From assembly GCA_024137785.1 (NCBI GenBank), contig JAHRHZ010000082.1:186001-250000 (forward strand): a DNA stretch of 64,000 nucleotides, read 5' to 3'. Below, in pieces: positions 1 through 13,038 of the stretch; position 1 is the first letter of the stretch, and the number at the start of each line of letters is the position of its first letter. Both the position numbers and the translations under genes were made by a program. The notes beneath the pieces are model-generated. The model saw only the letters and a list, made by a program, of their open reading frames with translations, did not search any database and was not told where the DNA came from. Source of the DNA: Ginglymostoma cirratum (taxonomy: Eukaryota).

Positions 1-639
1 GTAAGTAATATGAAATTTAAAAGCTTGGAGGCTGCGCAGCTCCAACAATAAAATGCTCAGTGGCATTTAACAGAAGGAAAATGCCAGTCTTGTTTGCACA
101 AATGTGCAACGCACACACCTGCTTTCTGTGACCATGTTTTTGTGATGGGGTGATTTTCTTCCCCATGAGTGGTGGGCACTACGATTGAGCATTGAAACTG
201 AAGCAAAGTCCTGGATTCAATTCCCAGTGGCTTTTGCATGGCCTTTCATCTTTCTGATGTGTTAGATCCATAACTAAGATCTAAGGTGAAATTGTAACAA
301 GATGGGCTTACATTTTAATCACTCAACCTGTTTTGCTTCCAAGAATCTTGAGGAAGATAATAGTGTTTAAACTTCAGAGGTTTGGGACAAAAGAATTTCC
401 AGTGTTTTCTTTAGTATTTCAGATCTCGAGCACTCGTAGCATTTTGCTTTTTATCTATTGATAGTCCCCTTTCCGCCACGTTGGTTACAACCTCAGGAAT
501 GACAAACCTATACAAATTCATGCTGGTTCTCTCTAATCAGCTTCAATTTTTCAGTCAATTTATTGCTAATTATAAACTCTTATGGTTCCTGACAACAGAT
601 GTTAGGCTAATTGATGTATAGCTCCATAGAGGTACAATT

Positions 640-1262
640 CAAAAGGGGGTGTTGGAGCACAGAGAACTGGATGCATATATGCATAAATCATTTAAGATGA
701 CAGGACAGTTTGAGAGAATGGTTAATAAAACATACAGCACTCTGAACTTTATTGAAATAGGGGCATAGAGTAGGAAGTTATACTGAAGTTGTATAAAACA
801 CTGGTTCAACCTCAATTGGAATATTGCATCTAAATCCAAGTGTCGCACTTCACAAACGATGTGAAAGTAGAGACAGTGTGCAGAAAAGGTTACTGAAAAT
901 GGTTGCAGAAATGAGTAAAATTCAGTTATAAAGATAGATTGGAGTAGTTGGGACTGTTTTCCTCAGAAGGGCACATTCAGTGGAAATCTAATAGAGGTGT
1001 TAAAATCATGAAAGGCTAAGACAGAGTTGACAGGGAGAAACTGTTCCTGGAGCAAACCAATTGGGATCCAGAGGGCACAGGTATAAGGTAATTGGCAAAG
1101 AAAAGTAATGTGAGGAAAAGGTTTTTCACACAGTAAGTGGTAAGGATCTGAAAGGTACAGGTAGAGACAAAAGGTGTGCTTGATGTAAATTTGTTCCTGT
1201 GGAGAGCAAGCCCAGATACAATAGGCTGAATGACCTCCTCTCTGCTGTGGTTTTGTGAATTC
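640..1262 (+). mobile_element. CR1 LINE 3' fragment (decayed ORF2 C-terminus and 3' UTR)
   Basis: Typical CR1 ORF2 end (tgtataaaacactggttcaacctcaattggaatattgc ~ LYKTLVxPQLEYC) and 3' tail aggctgaatgacctcctc; many stops. Confidence 0.8.
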
Positions 1263-1519
1263 CTTACTTGTTCTCTGTCTTACCTTTCTTAAATAACACA
1301 ATGATGTACAATTTTTCAATCATAAAGTAACAGTACTCGAATTGTGAAAATTGGGAAGATTATAATTTGGGCATCTGCAACATTTCATGCACTTTCTTTA
1401 AGACACTGAGATAGAAACCACCCAGTTTTGGGGATTTATCACATTTTCATGTCATTTATTTTCTTCCAATTTGGCTAAGTTAATTTGGTAGTCATTGTCC
1501 CTTGTGACAATTAGAGTGT

Positions 1520-2207
1520 AATGGTCAATTGATATTTTTTGTGCTGGTGGAAGGCATGTAGTGGAGTTCCCCAGAGGTCGGAATTGGTTCCCTTGCTTTT
1601 CCTGTTACGTGTAAATGATCTAGTGATTGGTGTGCAGGGGATAATTTCACATATTTGTATTATACAAAGCCTAAAAGCATTGTAAACTGTGTAGATGACA
1701 CTGCGGAACTCAAAAAGAGTTTAGACAAGTTTGATGGAGTGGGCAGATTGGTGGCAGATAAAAGTCAATGCAGAGAAGTGTAAAATGACACATTTTGCTC
1801 GGAAAAACATGGATGGATGATATATAATGTACACGTGCACAGGTCATTGCAGGTGACAGGATAGGTGGAAAGAGCAGTTAACAAAGCATTCTGTATCCTG
1901 GGCTTTATTGCTGGGGGCATAGAGTTCTAGAGAAAGAAGGTGATGTTGAATTTCTCTAAGACATTTGCCCAACATCAGCTGGAGTGTTCTTGACAGCACT
2001 GGGTGCCATTCTGTATAAAGGTTCCAGTGATGAGAAACTGCACTTATCAGGACAGATTGGAGAGATTAGAATTGTTCTACTTGGACAGAAGACGGCTAAA
2101 AGGAGATCTGATGGAAATTTTTCAAATTCATGAGGGCTGTATTGAATAAGGAGGAACTGTTCCTGCCCATGGAAGGATCAAGAATGAGAGGAGATGGATT
2201 TAACAAG
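1520..2207 (+). mobile_element. CR1 LINE reverse transcriptase fragment
   Basis: agtggagttccccagaggtcggaattggttcccttgcttttc ~ SGVPQGSVLGPLLF RT motif, followed by a WADxWQxxxNAEKC-like segment. Confidence 0.8.
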
Positions 2208-4217
2208 TACAGAAAATGCTGGGAAAACTCAATGGGGTTTGGCTGTATCTGTGGAGAGAAAGCGGAGCTAATGTTCATAACAAGGTAAAGGTAAAGGTAA
2301 CAAGTCAAAAGCACTGCTGACATTGCAGTTTGTGTCCCGCTCCAGCGAATTGCCGTGTAGTCTCAGAACACCAGTGATACAGTTTTGAATGTAAATTACA
2401 CTCTAATCAGCTTTTGGATTGCAAATATTTTCTTGAACAAAATAGTATTGTAAAATATCATTAAAAGAAGGTGAGACTGAAGCAGCTTTTCCCAGTGCTT
2501 GCCACATACTCGTATTAACTTTCCTCAGCACTAAAAACAGCGATCATTATAGTTTACAATAGAAATTTACATTAAATGGAAAGTGACCGCTATTATTTCT
2601 TCCATTTATACATCAAAAAATGATAGAATGCAAGTTTTTATTTCCTTCAAGATCATGTATATTATACACAGATGTATCAGATAACTGGATGATTTGTGCA
2701 TTCTGTTATATTCAGCATCATTGCATTGATGAATATTATTTTATGTGAAAGAAATCATTGAAGACATTGGTCCAGAGGTGCCAATCGGCCCCTCATATAT
2801 TTGGGTATAGACATTCTTCAGGTAGTTTGTAAATCAATTAAGTGTACGGATATGTGTTTCCAATTGTAATCAATCAGTGAAGTTTCTAAAAATGCAACTC
2901 AATAAATTCCATTCCAAATGAGTGAGAGCGAGAGTCTTGACCGTGGATAATGACAGACTGTTCACCTGTGAGGGTAACACATCTGAGTGAATGTGTGGAC
3001 TTTCCAGTGGGAGATTATGAGATAGTGATCAGCATTGAGAATCATTGTCTGCCCTGAGGCACTTAAACCAGTTATAAAGCTCCCAATCATCAGCCTGGTT
3101 GAGTTTGGTTAACTCACAACAAACCACAGATGGTAGGTGGGACTTTTCGTGTGTATTTAACTCTGTACTAGATCACACAGCGCATTTACCCGCTAATCGC
3201 TGGCAGAGAGTTTAGTGAGACCATGTCTTTAATGTATTGCGGTCTTATTCCACTCACACCAATACTGTAACCCTCCTGTTGAATTCCCTTTAATAGTAGA
3301 TGACTATATTCTAAAAAAAACTGCAGTGAGAATTTGCAACATGGAGAACTATAATCATCTGTCCCATCTTTAGGATTATGCCTCTATAATTTATGAAGTG
3401 GAGAAGGCTTTCAAGAAAATAACTTCTCTAAAGACATTATCTGTCTCTGCCTTTGCAATGATGCCTTGTGAAAGCAATGCTTTCCATAATTAATTTTTAC
3501 ACAAAATTGAAGTGTGCTTTGGAAGGAACTGGGCGCTTTATTAAACCTTGTATGTCTTTCACTCATCAACTCGAATTAAATTGGTGGCTTTGTTTACTTC
3601 CAATCTTAAAACTGTACGTTCTTGTACCATATTTCTGATAAGGTAGTGACTGCTCAGGTATACCATTGAAGGTGGACCTGGCATTAAGATGTGAATTGGA
3701 CGTAACATCGCGACAGCCTACCATTCTTCCACAAGCTGTTAAAGTAACCAAACCCACCACTCTTGTTAGAAGTGTAGAATTAACTCGATTGAAGTTTATT
3801 GTCCTTAAACACAGTGCTTATAGCGCAAGAGTCATTTGACACGAAGCTGGCATATTTCCAGATGCAGACTGCAGGTAAACACAACTCTTGGAAATGGAGT
3901 ATTGCAACTTCCAACAATAGGTGGTTTCTGGTCAAGAAATCAGATTTAGGATTCCAACCTCCTTCAGGCCACCCTTTAATGGTGGCAGGACAAGGGGCAG
4001 GCAACCAATCTGCTTGGGGAAGAGAGCTGGTCATTTATCTCAAGAATGGGGCGACTTGCCCTCATTTTATCAGCCATTCCATTTTTAACCACAGCTGGTG
4101 TGTTTTCCAGGCCTCAGGAAACTCAGCAGCTTAAAGAAAATGACAGGATCTTTTCAGCACGACTTGTGGGTTATGGAGAGCAGCAATGTTTTCTCCTGAC
4201 CAAATAAACTACCCAGT

Positions 4218-4345
4218 AGTTCTGAAGAAGGGTCACCGGACCCAAAACGTTAACTCTGATTTCTCTGCACAGATGCTGCCAGACCTGCTGAGTTTTTCTA
4301 GCAACTTCTGTTTTTGTTTCAGATTTCCAGCATCCATAGTTCTTT
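4218..4345 (+). mobile_element. Penelope-like terminal (pLTR) unit with minimal hammerhead motif
   Basis: AGTT-CTGAAGA-A-GGGTC(accg)GACCC-aAAA-CGT-T-AACT followed by the recurring gatgctgccagacctgctgag unit; GAAA is mutated to AAAA. Confidence 0.7.
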
Positions 4346-5125
4346 CAGAGTTTTTTTTTAGCTGTCAGTCTCCCTATCCCCAACCACCATTTGCTTCTCA
4401 CAATTGTCATTTGATCCCATCACCCGACACCTAATGAAAACCAAGTGTTCCCCTGGACAACACTTTGACTCCCTGAACCCTACATTTGGGAACCTCTCCC
4501 ACCCCACCCACGACATCATGATCCAAGCCATCCCACAATTGGAACTCTTCCCTAAATCTAAACACCTAGCCATGATTTTGCTCAGTCCCCAGTATATCAA
4601 CCTGCTCCTGTAACATTTGTCCTCTGAAGCAGCCTTTTTGTCTATGCATGATATAGGCCTCTGTCAATGAAATGGTCTGTGAGCTGGAATTCCACTGAAA
4701 GGCACACCATAAGTTAACGTTGCAGGAGATTTTGGAAGCTTGTTCTTCTGAGCTTTCCAACCTCACAACAGCTCTCCTGGCTGCAATTGAGCTTGGCAAC
4801 AAAGCAATTGAGCTAAAGCCATGCTACCTAATGTAATATAGCTCGTGAGGACAGATGAGAGAGATTCATTAGGCTGCTTTTCTTTTTGTTGACAGGTCAG
4901 AAACAAGGGTGATCCCTTTAATCAGGGAGAATCCTGTGTACATTAATGCACTCAATTATATACCGCCCTTGTGCCTCTCTTCCTGGCCTCCAAATCTAGC
5001 TCTCCGTGCCGTCACTACCTCTCCTTTCCTGGTCCTCCGGTCTCTTTTTGGTCCTAAAAATCCAAGACTAAACCTTGTTTCTCTGGGATCTATTACTTCT
5101 TTTTTCCCTCTGTGCCCTCTTGCAG

Positions 5126-5333
5126 TCCCAGGAGTGACCACAACTGGGTTGTGGCGCTGCCCTGCTAGAGCTGCCAACAATCAGTGGTTGAGGACAGGGG
5201 TTCCTGCCAATGAGGGGCAGAAGTTGCACTCTCAGGTCATTAACATCACTCTGTGGCGCTTTCCTGCTAAAGGTCAATCTCTTTTCAACATCGGTTGCTT
5301 TGGACCTGACTTTAGAAATAAATATGGGCAGTG
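5126..5333 (+). CDS. Candidate internal exon, product unknown
   Basis: Strong acceptor (ttctttttccctctgtgccctcttgcag) and donor (GTG/gtaagc); one frame open throughout (part of ORF 4909-5337). No homology recognised. Confidence 0.25.
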
Positions 5334-5461
5334 GTAAGCAATACACACACCATAATCATCAGTCCTTTAATAGGTAAGTGCCCCATGCTAAGAAGAGACC
5401 AGTAGCAGAATAAAACACATTATGAATCATAGCGCAGCCAAGAACTAACACAGCCCATTAA

Positions 5462-6050
5462 TAATCAAAAGCAGATCCTAGACATTTGAAATAAAAAACA
5501 AAATGTGTTGGAAATATTCAGCAGGTTGGATAGTGTTTGTGGAGACAACTTTGGGGTCCTGTTTCGGATTGATGACCTTTCATTGGAAGCAAACAAGTGA
5601 GAAATACATTAGTTATTAATCAATTGAAAGGGTAGAAAGTAGAAAAAGAATGAAAAGGAAGGCCTGTAGTCGGGTGGAAGAAGAGAGATTGGATGATAAA
5701 AATGCTTGGCATGGAAAGTCATGGGAGGGGTAATGTGACAGTTTAAGAACCAAATAATGTGCCTAGAGGAGGTGCAAATGGCAGGATGATAAACCATCCA
5801 AAAGCAAAAGCAAGCGGAAAATAGGAGTCAAAATGAAATTGCAAAGAAAGCTGAAAAAAAATGGAGGCAGAGATTTCGGTTTAAACTGTTGAACTCAATG
5901 TTGAGTCCAGAAAGCTATAAAGTATCTAATTAAATGATCAGATGCTGTTCCTTGAGCTAACGTTTTTTGGACACAACAGGAGACTTAGGACAAAGAGATC
6001 ACTGTGATAGCAAGGTAGAGAATTAAAATGACAGGCGAGAATAATTCCCA
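5462..6050 (-). mobile_element. Penelope-like element 3' end (GIY-YIG endonuclease C-terminus, 3' UTR, pLTR)
   Basis: Minus translation LACHFNSLPCYHSDLFVLSLL (ORF 5938-6168) followed by EQHLI/LNIEFNS-like motifs typical of vertebrate PLEs; pLTR unit at 5462-5590. Confidence 0.75.
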
Positions 6051-7416
6051 AGAACCAAGTCCATTGACGAAGGAGCAAAGAGGAGAAGGACCGTGCAAAA
6101 AATAGGAAAATAACCTTGAGTGAGTCTTGCACATCCACATAAACTTGTAAATAAACTAAAGAAAGCAAAAGCTATTTTGTTTTTGCTGTGTGTTCATAGA
6201 GCCCAAATCGCAAAATGCTTATTATAGCAATCACAATGTGTTGTGATGCATCTGCATATTCTTTAAAGTTAATTTGAAATGTTAAAATCTTTAAAAGATT
6301 CCATTGCATTTGTCACTTTTGTTGTATAAGATAATGAATGGTTCTGAAGGAATTAACATCCATTTTACATTGACTCTACCATTTCGAGTGATGCCACACA
6401 GCGTGTAGGTGAAGATATGCTGTTCTTCTCTACCAGCTCCCTAAGATCCTAGTAATTATGTTTGATCAAGTGTCATTGTTCTTATTTTATCATACAATAA
6501 ACCTTCTTATTATCTAAGAACAGGGCCTCTTCTGTAGGTACGTGGTGGTGTATCCAAACAGTAATCTTGAGATGGGCCCAAGCCAAAGCAGAGACAAAAG
6601 GAGCACTGGTGACAGTGAATTACTTGAAACAACTGGTACAATTATCAAATAACATAAGGTATCAGGGCTGGTCATTTGGGAAAGTAACAATCTGTAAGAT
6701 TGCAGTTTGAAACTTGTTTCTTACGTTTTCACTCACTGAAAGAAAACTGTAAGAATTGCAGGAAGATGAAATGAGGTGATCAGGTCAGCACTTGGCTTTG
6801 CATTCCCATAAGAGCGATAAAATAACTTCACAATCCTTGTAAATTTCGTGAGAGCAGAAATCATCCAATCTAAAAATGCCATAGTTCGATATATTATTCA
6901 GTGCTGAACTTGTTAGCTGCTAGCTAATATCTAGAAAATTCCCATTCAGCATTGCCGAGATACTCAAAGAACAGCTAATGGGTTTTGTTAATCCAATGAA
7001 AAAGGTAGGAAGTGGTTTTTTCGCCTACATTATGAACAGATAACAACCATCTTGTAATACTAAGATCTTATATCAGAATGGGTAGCTGGGCGGAAGAATG
7101 GGGCCAGGTTTGACCTCTAAAATGGAATGAGATTAGAATTTACAGCATAAATAATGAAGGATAGTGAATGCCTTTGAAAAGGAGACTCAAGAATGTTGCA
7201 TCCTGCATGTTAAAGCATTGTTGACATTAAGATTGTCAGGATCGCAAAATGCCAAGTAAAGCAAGTATAGCTTTTAGTTTGAAACTGCCTGTTGCAAATT
7301 CAAGAGTGACCAATAATCCTCAATTGGTAATATGGAATTATTCAAATTTTCTCATGAATATGTTTCATATTATTCCTACTTTTGATAAATTTGCACTTGA
7401 GCTGTTTTACTTACAG

Positions 7417-7509
7417 AAACATAACCATGAGGATATATCTATCAACAAGCTTCGCATGTCCAAAAAACATTTCCATTGGGAAATGGAACAAAGACAAAGA
7501 CTAAAATAA
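7417..7509 (+). CDS. Probable terminal coding exon (KHNHEDISINKLRMSKKHFHWEMEQRQRLK*), gene unidentified
   Basis: Acceptor gttttacttacag ending at 7416, 30 open codons then TAA, AT-rich downstream sequence with AATAAA at 7597 and 7636; not repeat-like. Confidence 0.5.
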   Translation, partial: KHNHEDISINKLRMSKKHFHWEMEQRQRLK

Positions 7510-7596
7510 TTTTCAATTTTTCACAAAGATATGAAGCAAAAATTAATGTCAGGTTAAAATTTCACCTATATATCATAATGTTTATTCGGTATATCA

Positions 7597-7641
7597 AATA
7601 AAAATTTGTAAATGTTTTAAATAACATTCCGTATCAATAAA
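7597..7641 (+). terminator. Candidate polyadenylation signals
   Basis: Two AATAAA hexamers (7597-7602, 7636-7641) about 90-130 nt after the putative stop codon. Confidence 0.35.
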
Positions 7642-8754
7642 TACCTGTTTATGCAAATAGAGCACAACATTTTAGCAATGTAATGAAAAAAAAACTAGAT
7701 AGACTCATTTATCTGCAGGCTGAATTGTACATTCAGTAGTGAAACAATAACAGTCCTTGCTAACCTTGAAGAAACCTGTTCAAAAGGAGCAAGCAGGTCC
7801 TGTAGCTTGGATTTCCCGGTTCATTGGTGCAGTTTAAATTTTTTAAATTTTTAAATCCAGCAACAGTAATATCTACAACCAGATAAAGAGCCAAACAAAT
7901 TGAAGCATCTTCACACACGTGTGTGATAATATAAGTTAAGAGCACTTTATTCTTTACTTTTAAATTCAACTTTGAGGTAGCAAAATCAATTGTAATAATC
8001 GAATTAAGATGGTGGCTAAAATAAAGAAAAACATATCTTTTTTGATATTATAATGAAATTTGTTATTCTACATTAGATTTTCAGAATGTGTGATGGTATT
8101 TAGCAGGCATTATGAAGTTAGTGCACCTTTTAAAAACTCAGTTACACTAAGGTGCAGCTTTTGAGGATATTTACTCTGAGACTAACAGAAAAAGAGTCCT
8201 TGTCAATTCAATTGATTTCCATTGATTGCAATCTAGGGAAATGGCTCAACACTGCACCTTCTGGAGAAGTGTAGAATCACTGACAGCAACGTCTGGATTT
8301 CTGTATGATTCTGCAAATGTGCTGACTCCATAGATTTCTGTCATTTTCAGTGCAGTAATGACATTGAACATTAACAATTTCGTGGTCACTACCACCATGT
8401 AATCTGATTCTATTTGTATATGGGTGCCATCTTAGCTACCAGCATTTTCAGAAAGTTTATGTCATGGGAAATCTGTACATTGTTGGGAATATTACTTGCA
8501 GTCTACCTAAGGGGGAAATTTGGTTTGAACAGGTCTAAGCACAATATAAATAAATTGAAATGTCAACATTAATTGACGCAACTTCACGAGATATAGAGAT
8601 CGTATATAACTTCTGTCTTGGAAGACGTTTGAAAGATTAGCTCTATCACAATTGATTAAAGACACACCAGATTACGCAAAAGGCTTGGATGAGAAAGTCC
8701 ACTCAAACCCTCTTAACTGATTCAACCAGAAAAAAAAGCAACAGATGTTTCTGC

Positions 8755-8998
8755 GACAAAAATAGAAGCTGCTGGAGATACTCGGCAGGTCTGGCCTTAT
8801 CTGTGGAGATAGAAAACAGAGTTAGCATTTCGGGTCCAGCGACCCTTCCTCAGAACTTCGTCTCATCACTGGATCCAAAACCTGAATCATTAACTCTGTT
8901 TTCTTTCTCCCGATGCTGCCAGACCTGCTGAGTTTCACCAGCATTCTTTATTTTTGTTTCAAATTTCCAACGCCTGCAGTTGTTTATTTTTTGTTTAG
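8755..8998. mobile_element. Head-to-head inverted pair of Penelope pLTR units
   Basis: Left arm is the reverse complement of the right arm (ctcggcaggtctggc / gccagacctgctgag); hammerhead-like core on - strand at 8820-8857. Confidence 0.75.
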
Positions 8999-9136
8999 CC
9001 TGTTCAGCACCCACTAATCTCCACTTTTGCCTCTTCAATGATTCCAACTTTCTTGCCATCGTCACTTGTCACAGTGAGAGAGAATTCTCTTCTATTCGAT
9101 CTAGTTTACTCTTTTCCATCATGTTAATGGTTAAAT

Positions 9137-9797
9137 GACTTGGATTTTCAGGTCAGAAGCAAGAAGTGTCAAGCAAAGTCTGCCATTTCCATCAGCAGAA
9201 CTGGGGTGGGGGATTCGAGGGTAGGACCAGAGTGGGCAGGTCCGCTGAAGGGCCCGCTTCACTGCTGATTTTTCACCAAGTTCCGATGATCCCTTATAAA
9301 TACTGGTAGCAGACCCAAGTCTTAATTGCCAGAAACTAAAACTGAGAAAGTGGGACTTTTGCACCCTCTGAGAGAAGGCCATCAAAGTCATGCTTAGAAT
9401 TTGGCTCTTCAGTGGAGCTGCCCCTGTGCCTCTATGCTCTTTCTAACTGCCTTCTCTCCATGTTAACCTGCCTCCAATGGCATCCCGAAGACACTTATAA
9501 ATGCTCTGTTATCTTTTCAGAGGTCTCCTGCCGTCTGTCAGCACCTTGATGGTTGCTGTGCGTGTCTCCGATGACACGGTTGTCATGGGGGGCGGTGGTG
9601 TGCGGGTGGTGGGCTTCTGGAGCCTGCTCACCTCAAAAAGCAAAAATTGTACTATTGTACCTTTTGGGTGGCGTCACGAGGCAACCTGCCCAATGCCCTG
9701 CAAATCAGCCACCAACGGAAAGAGAGAGGGATTTCCTGCACCATTGATTGAAGGCTTTTCTTTTAGTTGTCTCATCAGAGGCATGAAAATCCATACC
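9137..9797. mobile_element. Non-autonomous DNA transposon (MITE, PIF/Harbinger-like)
   Basis: Perfect 10-bp inverted repeat TGGATTTTCA (9141-9150) / TGAAAATCCA (9784-9793) bounding a GC-richer interior. Confidence 0.5.
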
Positions 9798-12044
9798 AAA
9801 GTCACAACTCCAGATCTCTCTCCACTTCATTCTTAGCTAAATCACACCCTTAGTGAAAATGTCATCAATTTCCCCTCCTGTCTGCAGTGTGCTGAACTTG
9901 TTCATATTAAATTTCATTAGTTATTAATATGCCACCTTACTATTGTCTAACTCGTTTAATTTTGTACTTCGAGAGCTTCAACAACCCTGGCAAGTTCACT
10001 TTTGTCGATAAATTTTCACCAGGATTTTCTTGAATTCTTGAATCTAAATGAAAAGCATAGAAATCTCAACGATGATCCCGAAAACACCCACTTGCTCTCA
10101 CCCTGTTGGACCTGTGCGAACAAGTGCTTGTTACCACAGTGTGACGTCATTATTCACCATGTAGCATGACTTTCTGCAGTACATATGGGATCCCAACTCC
10201 TCAGTAAGGGCACGGACATTGGCCAGGTGGGCTCCTCCCCTTCTAAAACCAAGTTAGCTGCTGTTTATTTGGTTATTGTCAAATAAATAATCCCCATATT
10301 TACAACATCTTCACCTTTTTCACCTCAGGAACTGTGGAGGTCATTTTCCTCCTTTCTATTCTAATGAATGCGTTCAGCTATTTGAAGTCCACCTGTAGTG
10401 CTTAATGCCTATCCTGTATGCTATACACCTTTACAGTTGTTTCATTGTACTTCTGCAATCAATGTTCCTCTCATTTTCTTGAAGCTAACTTTATAATGCT
10501 GTCTACCTACCTCTTGATCTGCTGTATTATTGAATCTCAAGTTCAGTTGAACTTGATCATTCTCTGGTCAGTATCTCCCAAGGAGATATTAGCCTAGCAG
10601 TAACTTGCTTTGCTTGTCTTTATTCAGTTTACTGTCTGGGTCATTTATCACAACTTGATGTGGCTTCACTGACGTACAATATGTGAATCTTTACATTTAC
10701 CAACCCTGAATCCAAACCACTTGATTATTTCCAATTTTTATCTGGTTGATGCTATTTTAAGAAAAGTATCTTTGACTGTCATTACATTACTGCTTCAATA
10801 TGTTAATACAATGCAATTGCTAGTAGCACATTGATATGATACCTACGGCATAACATGAGAGTAAAGCCAATATTAAACTTCAAGGACAAAGTGAAGAGTT
10901 GCCAAAATCTCTCTCAGGTGGTCACATCTGATAAGTATTGTCACAAAGACTGCATCAAGTGTAAGTCAACTGTGAACTATTAGAAAGGCTCAAGGGAATG
11001 ATCCCCAAGAATGATTGCTATGGAGCTAATTAATACATTACTAAAAGTATCAGAAATAGTGAAGACGATAAATGAGAGCCACTCTCTATTATAGCCTCCA
11101 TGCAACAGGGGTTACAATTATTGTTTATAACTTTAAAAAAAGAGTATCGGATTCTACCTGTAATAAACCAATTAGCAACAAATTATGAGAGATCTAATGT
11201 ATGAATAATTCATAATTTTTCTGAAATTAATTTGTGAATAACTATATATATGTGAAGTTTAAAAAAAAAATTACGATATGGTTGACATAATTCAGTCAAT
11301 CAATTCTTCAAAGTAAGAAAATTGCAGTCTTGTACAAATTTTAGATCGCTTTTGAAATTGTCCTTTATTCCCTTGGGCACTGCAGATTTTGTTACAAAAT
11401 TAAAAATATAAACAATAAAACATATTTTAGTTGGTTATTTCCTTAAGAGGGCTCTAAGCTGAGATGTTTTGTATAAGTCTGAGCAATTACATTAGTTTAG
11501 CCAGTTTATTTATAATTTATTAATAAATTTCTTTGCCAGTTTATTTTTCTATAAATTAATGTACATATATATCACAAATAAACTGCTAATTTCAGAAAGC
11601 TTTTTAAACAGTAAATCCTACCTAACAAATACATAGAAGCAATTCTGATATTTTTAGTTAATCAACAAACATTTGTAGAATTACATTGTCAGAAGATTTC
11701 GGTTCTTGAAATGTGTAGAGTGCTGATACAGCACAGATAACAGATTTAATGATACTGGGATTACAAGCACGAGGGCAATTTGATCAGTCATTCGGTTTGT
11801 GTTAGCATCTAACAAATGTTTGCATGATTGAATAATCAAATAGCTGCATCATCAGACTTCAGTTTATGTTTACAGATTTACGCAGATATTTTTTGTATTG
11901 TTCCAAGTTATGAATGTTGGAGTGCAGCTGGGTGAGGTGATGGCTGTTTTATACTGCAGTGCAAAAGACCAAATCATTATTTTTCATCTTTGTTAAACTC
12001 AAGAGTTCTGAGTCTAACATGATGCACTGTGTATTTTCTCTAAT

Positions 12045-12295
12045 TCGAACTTAATAACTCCCATCGACCAACCAGGTCGTGTCCACCACTAGTGTCCACC
12101 TATCACTATCTTTCTGCCTCCACCCCTACCCCCTGTCTTCATCTGCAGCTCCCCTACCCCCACATTCAGTCCTGAAGAAGATGTAATACCCGATACATTG
12201 ACTGCTCCTTTCCTCCAGACGCAGCCTGGTCTGCTGTGTTCTTCCAGCCTCCTGTTAGTCTATCTTGCATTCCAGCATCTGAAGTTTTTTTGTCC
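12045..12295 (+). mobile_element. Penelope-like 3' end, second family
   Basis: C-rich UTR then cctgaagaag...cccgatacattgac (decayed hammerhead) and ctggtctgctgtgttcttccagc; reverse-complement relative of 35660-35915. Confidence 0.6.
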
Positions 12296-12309
12296 CTAGT
12301 GTGATTGAT

Positions 12310-13000
12310 TACTCCCCAATTACCTGAATGACTGCAGCTCCAACATCACTCAAGAAGCTCTTGAGGGGCATGGATAGGGTGAATAGCTGAGGTCTTTTTT
12401 TCCCAGGGTAAGAGAGTGCAAAACAAGAGGTCATAGTTTTAAGGTGAGAGGGGAAAGATTTAAAAGGGACATGAGGAGCAACTTTTTCACACAGAAGTTG
12501 GTGCATGTATGGAACAAGTTACCAGAGGAGGTGGTGAATGATGGTACGTTTACAACATTTAAAAGGCATCTGGATGGTACTTGCTTAGGAAGAGTTTAGA
12601 GGGATATGGGTCAACTGCTGGGAAATGGGACTAGATCAGTTTGGGATGTCTGGTCAGCGCAGATGAGTTGGACCAAAGGGTCTGTTTCCGAGCTATATAA
12701 ATCTATGACTCTATAAGCTTGACATCATCCAGGTCAAAGCAGCTCGCTAAATTGGCACCACTTACACAAACATTCAATCACCCCACCACCGATGGTTGTT
12801 TGCAACAGTGTGTACTATGTACAGTGGGATCAGTTCACTCATTTGATTCCCCTCTAAGCCACTCATTGTCCTGACTTGGAAATATATCGCCGTTCCTTCA
12901 GTGTCACTGGGTCAAAATCCTGGAATTCCCTTCCTAAGGGCATTGTGAGTCTATCTACATGACATGGTCTGCAGCAGTTCAAGAAGGCAGAGAGCAGTGA
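12310..13000 (+). mobile_element. CR1/L2-group LINE 3' fragment (SacSINE partner type), interrupted at 12360-12714
   Basis: gcagctccaacatcactcaagaagct...tgacatcatccagg and gggtcaaaatcctggaattccc...cagcagttcaagaaggcag; same family as 63885-64000 and 14630-14790. Confidence 0.7.
12360..12714 (+). mobile_element. CR1 (HER1-like) 5'-truncated copy with 5-bp TSD
   Basis: Ends in ctatgactcta tail; AAGCT duplicated at 12355-12359 and 12715-12719. Confidence 0.85.
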
Positions 13001-13038
13001 GGCAGGGTAATTGAAAATGTTGAAGCCTGAGTTATATA

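Noticed and set aside
2716-2821. Exon-like segment ending CAG/gtagtt
   Set aside because: All frames contain stops from the good acceptor at 2715; only a weak AAG acceptor at 2751 gives open frames.
6725-6735. 11-nt - strand micro-exon (ttttctttcag/TGAGTGAAAAC/gtaaga)
   Set aside because: Good splice signals but not frame-preserving, stops in two frames, and no supported - strand host gene.
10142-10149. Perfect CRE palindrome TGACGTCA
   Set aside because: A single 8-mer in 64 kb with no promoter context.
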